The notes beneath the pieces are model-generated. The model ran no database searches. It worked only from the letters and a program-made list of their open reading frames with translations, and was not told where the DNA came from. DNA of 64,000 nucleotides from Thalia democratica (taxonomy: Eukaryota). Location: NCBI GenBank assembly GCA_965202585.1, contig OZ241827.1, positions 90,954,001 through 91,018,000 of the forward strand, in the 5' to 3' direction. Numbering within the stretch: position 1 is the stretch's first letter; each line of letters begins with the position of its first letter. Both the position numbers and the translations under genes were made by a program. Shown here in pieces: positions 13,096 to 25,900 of the stretch.

Positions 13096-14665
13096 GAAAG
13101 TTTTTATGTTGTCTATTAAAAACTTAGGTTTTGAAAGGCTATTATTATTAAACCGTTTTCTCATTAGATTAGTCATTTTCTGTATACTTTCAAAATTTTA
13201 ATTTCTCGTAAGTTTCTATATACACAATTTCGAACTTTTTACTTGCTGTTGCAATTGTCCAAGGCTTTTAAAAGCATTGATATATATTTGTGTAAACCGA
13301 AAAAAAATGTCTTGAAAGCTTCGATATCAATTGTGAAAAAAAAAAACTTTACATTCTATGTCATGCATAATTTAGAAGTTTAAATGATGATTTTTAATTA
13401 TTTGTCGTTAAAAACGAAACATAGACCATTTTCACAGCTAATAAACTGAAGATTACAAACAAATTAGTACAGGTATAAGTTGCTAAGTCCTTAAAACCTT
13501 TTTTGTACACTGAGACTATACCAAGACTACGTTTGTAAGCGTTTTTTATAATATCAATAAAGCATCAGAGAAATTCATTGTTTTTAACAAATTTGGTAGC
13601 GAAATGTATCAAGTTATTATGAAAGTTTTTATGTTGTCTATTAAAAACTTAGGTTTTAAAAGGCTATTATTATTAAACCGTTTTCTCATTAGATTAGTCA
13701 TTTTCTGTATAGTTTCAAAATTTTAATTTCTCGTTAGTTTCTATATACACAATTTCGAACTTTTTACTTGCTGTTGCAATTGTCCAAGGCTTTTAAAAGC
13801 ATTGATATATATTTGTGTAAACCGAAAAAAAATGTCTTGAAAGCTTCGATATCAATTGTGAAAAAAAAAAACTTTACATTCTATGTCATGCATAATTTAG
13901 AAGTTTAAATGATGATTTTTAATTATTTGTCGTTAAAAACGAAACATAGACCATTTTCACAGCTAATAAACTGAAGATTACAAACAAATTAGTACAGGTA
14001 TAAGTTGCTAAGTCCTTAAAACCTTTTTTGTACACTGAGACTATACCAAGACTACGTTTGTAAGCGTTTTTTATAATATCAATAAAGCATCAGAGAAATT
14101 CATTGTTTTTAACAAATTTGGTAGCGAAATGTATCAAGTTATTATGAAAGTTTTTATGTTGTCTATTAAAAACTTAGGTTTTAAAAGGCTATTATTATTA
14201 AACCGTTTTCTCATTAGATTAGTCATTTTCTGTATAGTTTCAAAATTTTAATTTCTCGTTAGTTTCTATATACACAATTTCGAACTTTTTACTTGCTGTT
14301 GCAATTGTCCAAGGCTTTTAAAAGCATTGATATATATTTGTGTAAACCGAAAAAAAATGTCTTGAAAGCTTCGATATCAATTGTGAAAAAAAAAAACTTT
14401 ACATTCTATGTCATGCATAATTTAGAAGTTTAAATGATGATTTTTAATTATTTGTCGTTAAAAACGAAACAAAGACCATTTTCACAGCTAATAAACTGAA
14501 GATTACAAACAAGTTAGTACAGGTCTAAGTTGCCGAATCCTTAAAATCTATAAACTTTTTTGTACACTGAGACTATACCAATACTACGTTTTTTATAATA
14601 TCAATAAAGCATCAGAGAAATTCATTGTTTTTAACAAATTTGGTAGCAAAATGTTTCTAGTTATT
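13096..14665. repeat. Three tandem copies of a 525-bp segment, in unit 1 only
   Basis: gaaagtttttatgttgtctattaaaaac starts at 13096, 13621 and 14146. Units 2 and 3 have a single, more diverged copy (~34431-34975, ~54373-54900). Confidence 0.95.
13438..13472 (+). other. Candidate 35-nt exon inside the 525-bp repeat
   Basis: ccattttcacag|CTAATAAACTGAAGATTACAAACAAATTAGTACAG|gtataa; one frame is open (NKLKITNKLVQ). Confidence 0.3.
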
Positions 14666-17027
14666 ATCAGTAATTTAAAACTATAGAAGCTCATGTTTTT
14701 TATTTCTTATACTTATAAGTTTTTACACATACTTAAGAGATTTGAAATATATAGCAATTAAAACTATTCAAGACATTTGTAAACTCAAAAGTATAAACGA
14801 GTTTTTAAGCTCATAAATTTTTCAAAAGTGTTACTTTTCTATACTTTAATTATAATTACTCTTTATAAACTTATAAAATAAATTTTGACAAAACAAGATT
14901 AAAAGGTTTTATTTTAAATGCGCTAGCGACAACTAAACAAAAATAAATTGACTTTTATTCAAAAACAAATGAAAGACTTATACTTTGAAAAGCCAATTGT
15001 ATAACTCAGCTTACACCCTAGTTGAGAAAATTTAAATTTACTACTTTTTAAATGTTTGTGTGTATGTACATAGTAAACTAATTAGATACTTGCTAGTTGA
15101 ATGGTAATCAAAAGACATCCGTAAAAATGTTTATAAGCCCAACTTTCTTTTACTTTGCATTATTCTAAATAAGGTTGCAAGTGTAAATAACTCTACAATT
15201 CTATTAGCCATAAAATTCAGACGATAAAGTCTTACTTATTTTCAAAAATATAATTTTTTTAATGGAATAGGGTCGAGTAAAGGTAGTTTGTTCAAAATGA
15301 ATTCGACGTAGAGACGGTCAAATTAATTTATAACTTGTTTTGCTGTACATAGACAGAAGAAAGACCTAAAAATTGCGTTACTTGCTAGACAGTGTACAGC
15401 CAATTTTGTAGATTGATATGAAAACTTGTATTTATAAAAAAAAAACAGATCAGTTTTAATATTTAACAAGAAGCATACTTTGGGATTCAGCAAACTGCGT
15501 ACATTTTAGCAAGAACGCTCTTCTAGAAAGTACGGCACGCGAGCAAATACTTAAAGAAAAACTTGCCAATGAATTATACCAAACCAAGTCCTGAATTTTA
15601 GTAAAATGATGTTTACTTGATTTAATTCTACAAAACAACTAGGTATACCACCTTCTTTAGTGTAACAAGCCCGGACAACGAAACAGTTTTTAAAATCAAC
15701 TACACTTATCAAAAAACATTTTAATTACACGTTTATTAATAAGCTTTCACTTGCTTAAAACTTAAGTAGATAAGCATCTAAATGTGAATTAAACAGAAAA
15801 AAAGCTCAAGTTAAACAGCCTTATTTTTTGAGCTTTACATGAGAAACCTAACAAACTTATATAAGCCGAAGAAACATTTAATTTTTTGTAAGAAACGAAG
15901 ACCTTATTGTTAAAAAAATGTAAACAAACAAGGTAGACACTACTTATGACATAAGGAAACTTTCAACCTACTTTAAACTTCTTGATTTAATTAAATTGCT
16001 TTTACTTTTACATTACTTTTAGTAACTTTAGTTTTTTTTTATAAATAAACCTTCAAAACGAAGAATTAAGTTTCATCATTTAAACAAAGAAATGTCTATT
16101 TGCAGTAAGATGTAATTTTATTCACAAAACCATTAAAAAAAACAACAATAAAAATTGAAGAAGCATCCATCACCCTTCGTCTGCTGATTTTCATTGTCAT
16201 CAGTTCCTGTTTAATACGTTGGTTACAATACTTATAATGTTATGAAATTTAAAAAAGTACAAACAGATAAGTAATAAATAACTATGCATAACAAATAACA
16301 GTATATAAAAATTGGAGAAATTATTTTAAATCGTGTCTTATTTTTTTTTTTAAATATTTTTAAACTACAACTGGTCGAAGTTATAATTAATACAAACAAA
16401 ATTTTTCAAAATATAGGTTTTACTACAATACAATTTAAAATACTACATTTTGGAAAATTTACAAAAATCATTGTAAAATGAAGTTTCATCAAATAGGACT
16501 ATCAATTTCAAAACACTACTAAAAAATAAACATAGAATAATGGAAGATACTAGTGGTAATATTGAATTTAATTAAAAGCAACTAATTTTCTTAGAAAATA
16601 AATCAAGACCGAAAAGTGTCAACACTTACAATTAAACTATATTTTCAACAAGCTTTAAACTATCTTAGTCTTTGGCTACTATAAAATGAAAAAGTTACTA
16701 AGCGATTTTATAACAAGTTATTTATCTTTACAAAATGTTTACATAAACTACAATAACGAGCAAAACGTTTCACTTAAAATTAAGTTTTATCCATACCAAA
16801 GTTTTAAGTTCAACCTTTTACCATTATAAAAGCTACAAAAAACTATAGTCATAAGCAAAATTATTTTAAATATTACTTAAAGTTCTTAAACTTTTTTTCT
16901 ACAGGAAAAAAACTATTACTCAGGGTTGATGAAAACAATGATAAAAAGCAAAATTATTTCAAAAGTAAAACTATTAAGTTACTAAAGTTTCTTAAACTTT
17001 TTTTACAGGAAAAAATAAACTATTACT

Positions 17028-17355
17028 CAGGGTTGCCAATCGTTTATTGAAGAGTTTTACAAGTGTTTGAAAGTACAAATTTTTGAGTCAACCTTTAGTA
17101 TAAAATTAAATTTAAGCTCTTAAATGGAACAAAAGTATAAAAAGATACTATTGTGTAAGTTTTATACTTAAAAAAATATCCAAAATAAGAAAAAGTATTT
17201 GTGTATGATAGATTTTTCGTATTTAGTCCAGATTTATTATTTTAAATGTAACTTGTTTAAAGTTCTAGGTTTTTCTAAAAATTTCTCAAATTCCAGTTTT
17301 ATTTTTGCCTGCATAGTCAATTTCCAGGTTTTAAGAGTTTTTTTTGGCAACGCTG
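17028..17355. mobile_element. hAT-like MITE 1 (copies 37311-37631, 57252-57572)
   Basis: Imperfect TIRs CAGGGTTGCCA / TGGCAACGCTG (10/11) and internal ccaggtttt-type motifs. No clear 8-bp TSD. Confidence 0.55.
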
Positions 17356-17743
17356 ATTAATGTCTTGGAAACTAATTCTAATAAAAACAAAATAAAAAAC
17401 AAGATTAATTTAAATTGCAAGATAATACATTAACAATTTGTTGGTAAAAAAACTTTTAGGCCATATTACAATTCTATTTTAAACTCTTGGTTTTATGTTT
17501 CTTTATTATGATGTACCTATTATAAAATAAACTTTAATCTGTTATATATAACTAATTTGCTGGGTGTTTATTAAAATACAGAATTTGAAGAGATTTTACT
17601 GCAACAAAGTACTTTTATATATAAATACTCAATTAAAAACAAAAAAATTAAACAATAAACAATAAACCTTTTGCAAACAAATACTAAATCAAAATTAAGT
17701 GATTGTTTTGATTAAAAATTACTTATTATTCTTTTAAACTAAC

Positions 17744-17885
17744 CTTGGGGCACTTCGGACCTTGACACCTTTTCTTTGGAAAGTTGCTAAAAGTTTCTGG
17801 TAACCGCAACCGGAAGTTTCTTATTCCAGGAGCTGGTTTCTTTCATCAATTGAGGACATCATCTTCGGTGATTGGGATTTCTCAC
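17744..17885 (-). other. Candidate non-coding exon
   Basis: GC-richer 142-nt block bounded by catcatag| and |gttagt, with stops in all three minus-strand frames. The acceptor could equally be read as a donor (AG|GTGAG). Confidence 0.3.
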
Positions 17886-18852
17886 CTATGATGTCATATT
17901 AAGTAATTTATTTCCAACTATTTAGTAAAAAGTTTTTGTTTAATTTTAAATAAAACCTTAGATTATTAATTAGCTATGCTACTAATTTTAGAAAACTATA
18001 CAAAAAACTTTTTTTTTTCACTAATAACTAAGAATAAAATAGATCTATTTAGCACAACAATTTAGTACAGCTTTTTTTATAATTAATCATCTGGCTGCAA
18101 CAGTTTAGCTTTGGACTATGGAGCATACTATTATGTTATGTCCTTTTAAGAAAACTTAATCTATATAAATAAGTAATTATAGTCTGATAAAGTAGTACAG
18201 TATCACCATGTACCAACGATTATTAATATAGTTTAGCCTATCCACCATATCCAAATATATTATTTTTAAATATTAAGTGTTTTATCCAACTCAAAATATT
18301 TTATTGTAAAATCTTTCTTTGTAACTAACTAATATAAATTAAAAAAATAAAATTGTGACACATTTAAAAAAATTTAGATCATAAATGCCCTTAAGTGTAA
18401 GTGTTTGTTTTTTTTATTTGATTATTGTTTTGTTAAAAAAACATACTGAACTTTGGAAACTTGTCTTCAAATTTTTTACTATGTTTTCAATCCTAATGTT
18501 CAACATCAAGTTGTTTTTAGATGTAGAGAACTTTAATAATTGAACTAAAAAACATTTTGTATCTTAAGTTATATATTTACAAAAAAAAAATTAAACTTTT
18601 CAATGTAAACCCTATTAATTCTTAATATATTTTTGAATGATTCTTTTATACATTGTTCAAGAAACATTTCTTGAAAATCTAAGGTCTCTAGCACAGAGTT
18701 TTTAAAAATAGAAGATAAATTGTTGGTGGGCTTTAAAGGGCATAGGGGAGTTAACCACTTTTTTGTTTAGTTACAATTTATTTACAATTTGCTTTTTACA
18801 AATTTTAAAAAATCAGGTCAAGTCCGAGACTACAATAGGTTCCTCGTGAAAG

Positions 18853-19246
18853 CAGGGTTGCCACTCTTTTTTTTTCCAATTTTCAAGGTTTTCCTAATTT
18901 CTTACAGGTTGTTAAAAGTACACATTTCTTAGTCTGTTTTTGGTTTTTAATTAAGCTTTAAGTGAGAAAACTGTGTTAAATAGTATAAAACCATTAGAAA
19001 GATACTGTAAACCTACTTAATATCTTTTTTTTTTTCAGTAAAAATTTTTGGTGATTGCAAAAAATTTTTATCTATGTAATAAGTTTTTTGTATCAAATCG
19101 ACATTTTACTACTGAACATGATAAAATTGTTAAAAATTACAGGTTTTTTTTATAATTTTTTCAAATTCCAGGTTATTCCAAAATTTTTTTGCCTTAATTG
19201 TCTAACTCCTATTTTTTTCAGGTTTCCAGTTAATGTGCCAACCCTG
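18853..19246. mobile_element. hAT-like MITE 2 (copy 59071-59461; internally deleted 114-bp copy 39130-39243)
   Basis: TIRs CAGGGTTGCCAC / GTGCCAACCCTG (11/12) and repeated caggtttt motifs. TSD not preserved. Confidence 0.6.
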
Positions 19247-19879
19247 TGAGAGGCGCAAAATAAAAAGGCATAAAAAAGACTACTACCTCCTTAAATCTTC
19301 ACTACAATTCACTTAAAATCTACCTCCTCTTAAGTTTTCTAAGGTAATTACCTAAAACTTTTAAGAAATGTTTCTTGCAAAATTTAGAAAATTTTGTCGA
19401 TGAAAATCAAAGAAAATACAAAATTTATATCTGCCCTTTACAAACATTTATCTGTCAAAAAACTTTCAGAAACAATTTTAGCTCACAAAATAGACTAGGC
19501 TTGTTTTAAATTACACAAAATGTATTGGGATTTGATTTAGCTTTGACCTAAGGGATATAAGTAAAATTATTTCACTATTTGGTGTAAAAATTATTTAAAA
19601 CGATCAAATATAGTCTATCTCTTAATCACACAAACTATATAGCAAAATAAATAATAAGAAATCTTTAAAACAAAATTTTTTTTTTAATAATCACTCACAT
19701 TGTAAACTATTCAAATGCTTTAGAAATTAAACTGCTATTAAATTATAAAAAAAACTCTATCAAAAAAAAAGTGTTAAAACTATTTTTCATTACAAAATAC
19801 AGTTAAGATCAATTATATTACAAATCATTTGAATCTAAGTGAGAACTTATGCTACTTATACTTAAGTGGAATAACAAAC

Positions 19880-19935
19880 TTTGAAAAAAGATGGTGGAAA
19901 TGAACTTTTCTACTGCAGCACTGGTGGGGGATGTT
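19880..19935 (-). other. Candidate non-coding exon
   Basis: actttcatcag|AACATCCCCCACC...TTTCAAA|gtttgt; frame-shifting length differences between units. Confidence 0.3.
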
Positions 19936-22900
19936 CTGATGAAAGTTATAACATTATAAACACATGATCAAGATTATTTATAAATAAAAAAATTTGTAAA
20001 TTAGTTTGATACAAATCAATCTATCTATCAAGTTGCAATTAAGCAGTACAAATAAAACTAACCATGTCTGGATGGTATGGTGTTGTGGTTTTAAATCAAG
20101 TGTCCATCATGATTGTTGAATCATAAATAATTTAACTATGTACTGTACAATAATGTGTAAAAATAAAAAATAAAATTATATGTGATCATATTATTATATT
20201 TCATTATTTTATGTTTGTCTTAAAGCTAAGATATAACTTAATACATTCTAAGCGTTCATAACAAAAAATGTATTTTGGGTTAAATATTTACTATAAATTA
20301 TAATTAGTCCAGTATTGTTGAACACTATTCTAGATTTTAGGGACAAGTTAATCCCAACAGGCTTTTTACAAATTTCATCAGAGTTTTATGATTTCTTCCA
20401 GTTTTATCTATTAGCAAACCTTCTTGTGTCATTTAACTTAAATACAATTAATACTACTTAAAGTATACTTGACAACAAATTAAATTATTTTGTATTAATA
20501 TATTTATCAAATGTCACAACTATCTACAACCAAAACTTTATCTGAATTGACTAAAATTCTATGTTGTTACTCAAATTTAAGGGTTAACTTTGGTTTTAAT
20601 TTCCTAAATCAAGTTTAAAAAGTGGGTCATGAGCTGCAAAGAGGCCATGTGGTGGGAGGAGGCAATAAGGGGGTTCTTGGGCCAAACATTGAAATTGGAC
20701 ATTTGTTCAAATTCAATGTTTTCCTGTATTCTGGGTAAAATATACATTACTAAACTACTCAAAATTAAATAGACAGGGTAACACATAAAAATGTAATTGT
20801 AGACATAAATAACAATGTGAGCTTTTGTTTTTGCTTTTCCAGAAGCATTAGTTCAGATTCAACATACATCATACTGTAGGTTACCATAAAAAAAAGTAAT
20901 GTACAGGACTATCTGATCAGGGCTGTGAAGTTTTATTAGTCAAAAAACCTTACTTATGTAAGTATTTTAGAGGTATTTATTGCAAATAAAGAAAATGTTT
21001 ATTATTAAAAATAAAATTTTATAAAACTTTTAATTATATTAGTATAAAAATGACTGAAAAACTTCAGTCTAATCCACAACAATTTTAAAACTATTTTCGT
21101 TAATTTTTACTGTTATTTGAATAACTTGTTTTCATTATTTCGTTCTAAATTGAAACGTTCGTTTGTTTTATTCCTTTCCATTTTTTATTACAAAAAAAAC
21201 TTATTAATGACTAAAACTACTTATTAAAGACTAAAACAAACTTAATGTTTTAACTCAAGCTTTAAATTTAAATTTTTATTTTTGCTTTTTAAATAGACAA
21301 AAAGATATATTCTTACAACCAAGATCATATCTAAACTAAACATTTACAGCTGCTAAATTTTATAATTAAAAGTTCTTAAGGTATTTGAACTTTTATATTA
21401 CAATTTCTAATAGGATAAAGAAAATAATTCTTAAAATACAACATTTTACTTCTATAATCTCTTCAAGAGCGTAAAACTAGAAAAATATTCATGAAATAAA
21501 TAAAAAAGACAAACATATGTAATACATAAAAAGTTTTTCAATGCTCATAACATAAGATAAATGATAATACTATTAAGGTGTTATAAATAAAAGTTTTTTT
21601 AACATGTTAAGCTTAACAAAAAGATATAAAATATTATGTTGTCATTTTGAGTTTTAGTCAAAAAGTTTAAGTAATTATCAAAAAAATTAAGTATTTGAAC
21701 TAAAACTGCAAAAATAAATGTTACAAAATAAAACCAATTAAAGTTTTTTTTATTTCCTTTGAAACATTTAACTTTTTTTCATTTAAAGTGTGTTTAAAAA
21801 TAAAGAGTTACAAAAATTTGATATTATAATAAAATAGAAATAAATTGAAGAATTTTTTTGTTATATGATTAAAATATGATAGTATAAATTTTGAACTGGT
21901 ATAAACCAGTACATATTTTACAATGAAATTAAAATATAAGCTTTGTTATAACCGAGTGTTGTATATAAATTTGTAAAAGTATCTTATATAGTTTGGTATG
22001 TAAAAAATCAAAATGCACTTAACATTGGTTCAATTTATATAAACGTTTGATATAAAAAATATTCATTAAATAATGTTTTATCAAAAAGCTCATTATTTTA
22101 TTTCAAACTTCTAAAAACTTAAAGCTTAAATTATTTTCATTTTTAGTAAATAATAATGATGATAATTATAGTTAAAATTTAGGTGTCTGCAGTTTTTTTT
22201 AAGTAAAGATTTACTAACAAAAAACCTTTATTTTTATTGTAGCTTTAAGGATTATACTCAAAGTTTTTAATTCTACTAAACTTTTTAAATATTTTATAAT
22301 ACTAAACAAGAAAAAAAAAATGCTAGTAGCTCTTTGCTATTTGTGTTTATAAAGATACAAAAAAAGTTTGATTTTTTAACACAAAAAAACTTAGATTGAC
22401 AATCAGGTTCTAAATTATAAAATATAAATGTTGGTAAGTTGCATTTGTATTTATCAAATAAAATTTCGAAATAAACTTAGTAAGTTTATGTTTGTGTTAT
22501 GAAGCTATTTTAAATCAATTTTTAAATCAAGTTTCTTTTAAATATAAATATTTATGCTAATAAAATTATATTTATTATTTCAAGACTTTATTATGCAAAA
22601 TAATGTTCGGTCAAAGTCTAAATGCAAAAATAAAATTTAGATTTGCAAAAACTTTAATATTTCAAAAAGTTTTATTTCTAATTTTATATTTTACAGCAGA
22701 TACACTTGGTTTTTCACTTAAAAATTTAGTCATTTTATGTGTAGTTTTAAAAAATGTTCATTAATTCAAATGTTATTCAGAAGATGTTTCCGCATAAAGC
22801 AATATAAGATTTAAAAGAAGTTTTTTTAGTATTGTCATTTGGGGTTACAGAAATAGATTTTGAATATTTTTTTAATATAAATAAAGAAAAAAAGTTTGTT

Positions 22901-25900
22901 TCAGTATTGCGAGTTTTAAATTTATAAATAAAGTTGAGAAATTGTGGTCCAATTTTTACTCACAGAAACTTTTGACAAAATTGCCTATATCAATAAAATC
23001 AATTTAACTTTGTAGCTCTTAAACTTTGAATTTTAAAACGAATAAAGTTGTTGATAAAAGGAATAATCAAATTCAATTACCTTTATTTGCGATTCCTTAT
23101 GCTAAACATTATAATTTATTGACATAAACTTAGCTCAAAACTATATGGTAAACTATTTCTTGTAAAATACCTATTAAAAAGTTTAAAAAATTTTAAATTT
23201 CAAAGTAGTTTTTGAATTTAGTTTGTCTTAGTTGTTATTTGTGTAATTCTGAATTATAAATGTTATTTGCTCAGTAAACCATAAAAACTTGTCCATTCTT
23301 GCATAAAAAAAATTCATTTCTAGCAAGACAACCACTACCTCTAAGGTAAGTAGAATATATATAGTAAAACTCCTGGTTTAATGCTTAATGTTTAATATAA
23401 GTGAAAAAAATCCTATATAAACCAGTAATAGATAGTGGTCTGGGTCATTTTAGCCACAGCCTACCGCAGGAAGCATGTTATTCCAAAATAGACATTTTAT
23501 ATGTTTAATTTTGTTGTGAACGATTATTTTTTAATGTTACTTCTTTAAGAAATTAATTTTATAATTTAAGGAGTTATTACTCATTTCAACTTTAAAATTC
23601 TCAAAGTAAAAATAAAACACTCAAAGTAAATTATAAGCATAAAGTGTTTTATTTTTACATCGTCCTTAATAGTTGTTAGTGTTTGAAACTGTTCTTTATA
23701 CAATATGTAAATTCATTGTCATGCCTAGTTTTATATAGAGTAGCCCTAAGTAGTATTCAATGTTAGTATTAGTACAAATTAGGTTTAATTTGAAACGGGT
23801 TTTAGTTTTGTTGTGTACCTAAGTATGACCTTGGAAAGTAATAAATTTATTAAATTTTCTTAGTTTAATTCTAATAATAAACAATTCTATTGTATAGTTT
23901 TTTCATGTTGTGTAAAAATGTTAATTTTAATTTATTTATGCTTAACAAATCTAAATAAATATTTTAATTCATATAATAAGACTTTTTAACTATTAAACGG
24001 AACATATCCAGAAAATTTAAGGTTTGTTTATCAAATATTTAAGCGAAAGAAGAATTTCTAAAGGTTTATTTAAAATTCAAATACCACAATAAAAATTTCG
24101 GAAATTTTCTACAAAACTGACTACATGTCAAAAATTATATATATTTTTATTCATAATAAAGCAGCTTACAGTATACAACTATAGATTTTAGGCAAGAGTT
24201 TATGTTATATGTTCTAAAATTAAATGTTGGACTTCTTTGTAGTATTAATTAACTCACTAAAAACTTTGAATTTTAAAACGACCAAAGTCGTTGATGAAAG
24301 GAATAATCAAATTTAATCACCTTGCTTCCTTATGCTAAACATTATAATTTATTGACATAAACTTAGCTCGAAACTATATGGTAATTTATTTCTTGTACAA
24401 TACCTATTGAAAAGTTTAAGATTTTTTAAATTTTAAAGTTGATGTTGAATTTAGTTTTTCTTAGTTGTTATTTGTGTAATTCTGAATTATTAATGTTATG
24501 TGCTCAGTGAACCTTAAAAACTTGTCCATTCTTGCATAAAAAAAAACTTTATTTCCAGCAAGTCAACCAATACCTCTAAGGTAAGGAGAATATAAACAGT
24601 CAAATTCTTGATTTAATGTTGAATGTTGAATATAAGTGAAAAAAATCTATATAAACCAGTAATAGATAGTGGTCTGGGTCATTTTAGCTACAGCCTGCTG
24701 CAGGAAGCATGTTATTTCAAAATACACATTTATATTATTTGATTTGGTTGTGTACAATATTTTTAATGTTTCTTCATTAAGAAATTAATTTTATAATTTA
24801 AGCAGTTATCACTTATTTCAACTTTAAAATTCTTAGTGTAAAAACAATAACACTCAAAGTAAATTATGAGCATAAAGTGTTTTATTTTTACATGGTCCTT
24901 AATAGTTATTAGTGTTTGAAACTGTTCTTGAATACAATATGTAAAATCATTATGATGTCTAGTTTTATTTAGAGTAGTTCTAAGTACTACATAATATTAA
25001 TATTAGTGTAGTTTAGATTATAACTAACTATGGTTTTAAGTGTGGTTGTATACCTAAGTATGACCTTGCAAGGTTATAAAATTTAGTATTTAAGGAGTTT
25101 TACTATACAGTTTTTTTATAATTTATTTGACTAGTTTGTATGTATTATATTAATTTTTTCTTTAAGCTAACACACAATTAGTGTAAATCTACATGTAACA
25201 TAACCTTTGTACTTACTACCTTTATAATATTTATAATATATTATAATAGTATGATTTAGCTTGCTGATGTTCAAAAAAAAAATTATAACAGTGATAGGCA
25301 ATACTTTGCGGGTAGGGAAACTATTAGAAGAAATCTTTCGCATATTGGATTTTTAAAAAAAGCTACAGGTTACTTAATTTTGTATATTTTAATACAAAAC
25401 TTGTAGAAACTCATTAAAAGCAAGTTTGTAACGGACAAACAGTAAAATAAGTGCCAGTGTGTAATAAAAATTAAACGAAAAGTACATAACTAAGTGTTTT
25501 CGTTATCTAAAGCTCAAAATTAATAAAAGCACACAAGATACTTTAACGATAAAAGATCTTTGCCACATGAAAAGTTTTTGTAAAAGCCATACGTCGCCCA
25601 ACCGGAATTTACAATCTAACTTTAGTAAAGATGTTTAAAACAAATAGGCTTAGCAATAAAACTAGAACCTGCTGTTTTATCCAAGTTTACACTCATATAC
25701 TAGTTAATTGGTATGTATAAAATTAGTAGGCTAAATAAATTTGCGGATAAAACTAAAATAATTGTGCTGACTAGGTAAAAATAAAAGCAGTTAAAAACAA
25801 TTTAAAGCGTTTAATGCAGAAATAAAATGTTAAATTGAGTTGTAAACTTTTACAATTGAGTTCTCTTAATATTTGATCTTAAAATTTAACACTATTTTTT

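Larger units (their letters stand above)
1..20076. repeat. 20-kb tandem unit, copy 1 (boundary arbitrary; array extends left of the window)
   Basis: Anchor atggtgttgtggttttaaatcaag occurs at 1, 20077 and 40100. The same ORF-track peptides recur (528/20604/40627/60800; 7243/27355/47373; 8010/28123/48140). Confidence 0.98.

Noticed and set aside
13096-14665. CRISPR-like array
   Set aside because: The repeats are 525-bp full duplications without unique spacers, in eukaryotic DNA.
18434-18455. aaaaaaacatactgaacttt resembling a Hydra spliced-leader sequence as I recall it
   Set aside because: Short AT-rich partial match with no donor or Sm site following; expected by chance.
20063-20115. Minus-strand TLDLKPQH resembling the CDK catalytic loop HRDLKPQN
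   Set aside because: An in-frame stop lies just upstream, HRD is absent, and the motif is not kept in the edge copy (SLNLKSQH).
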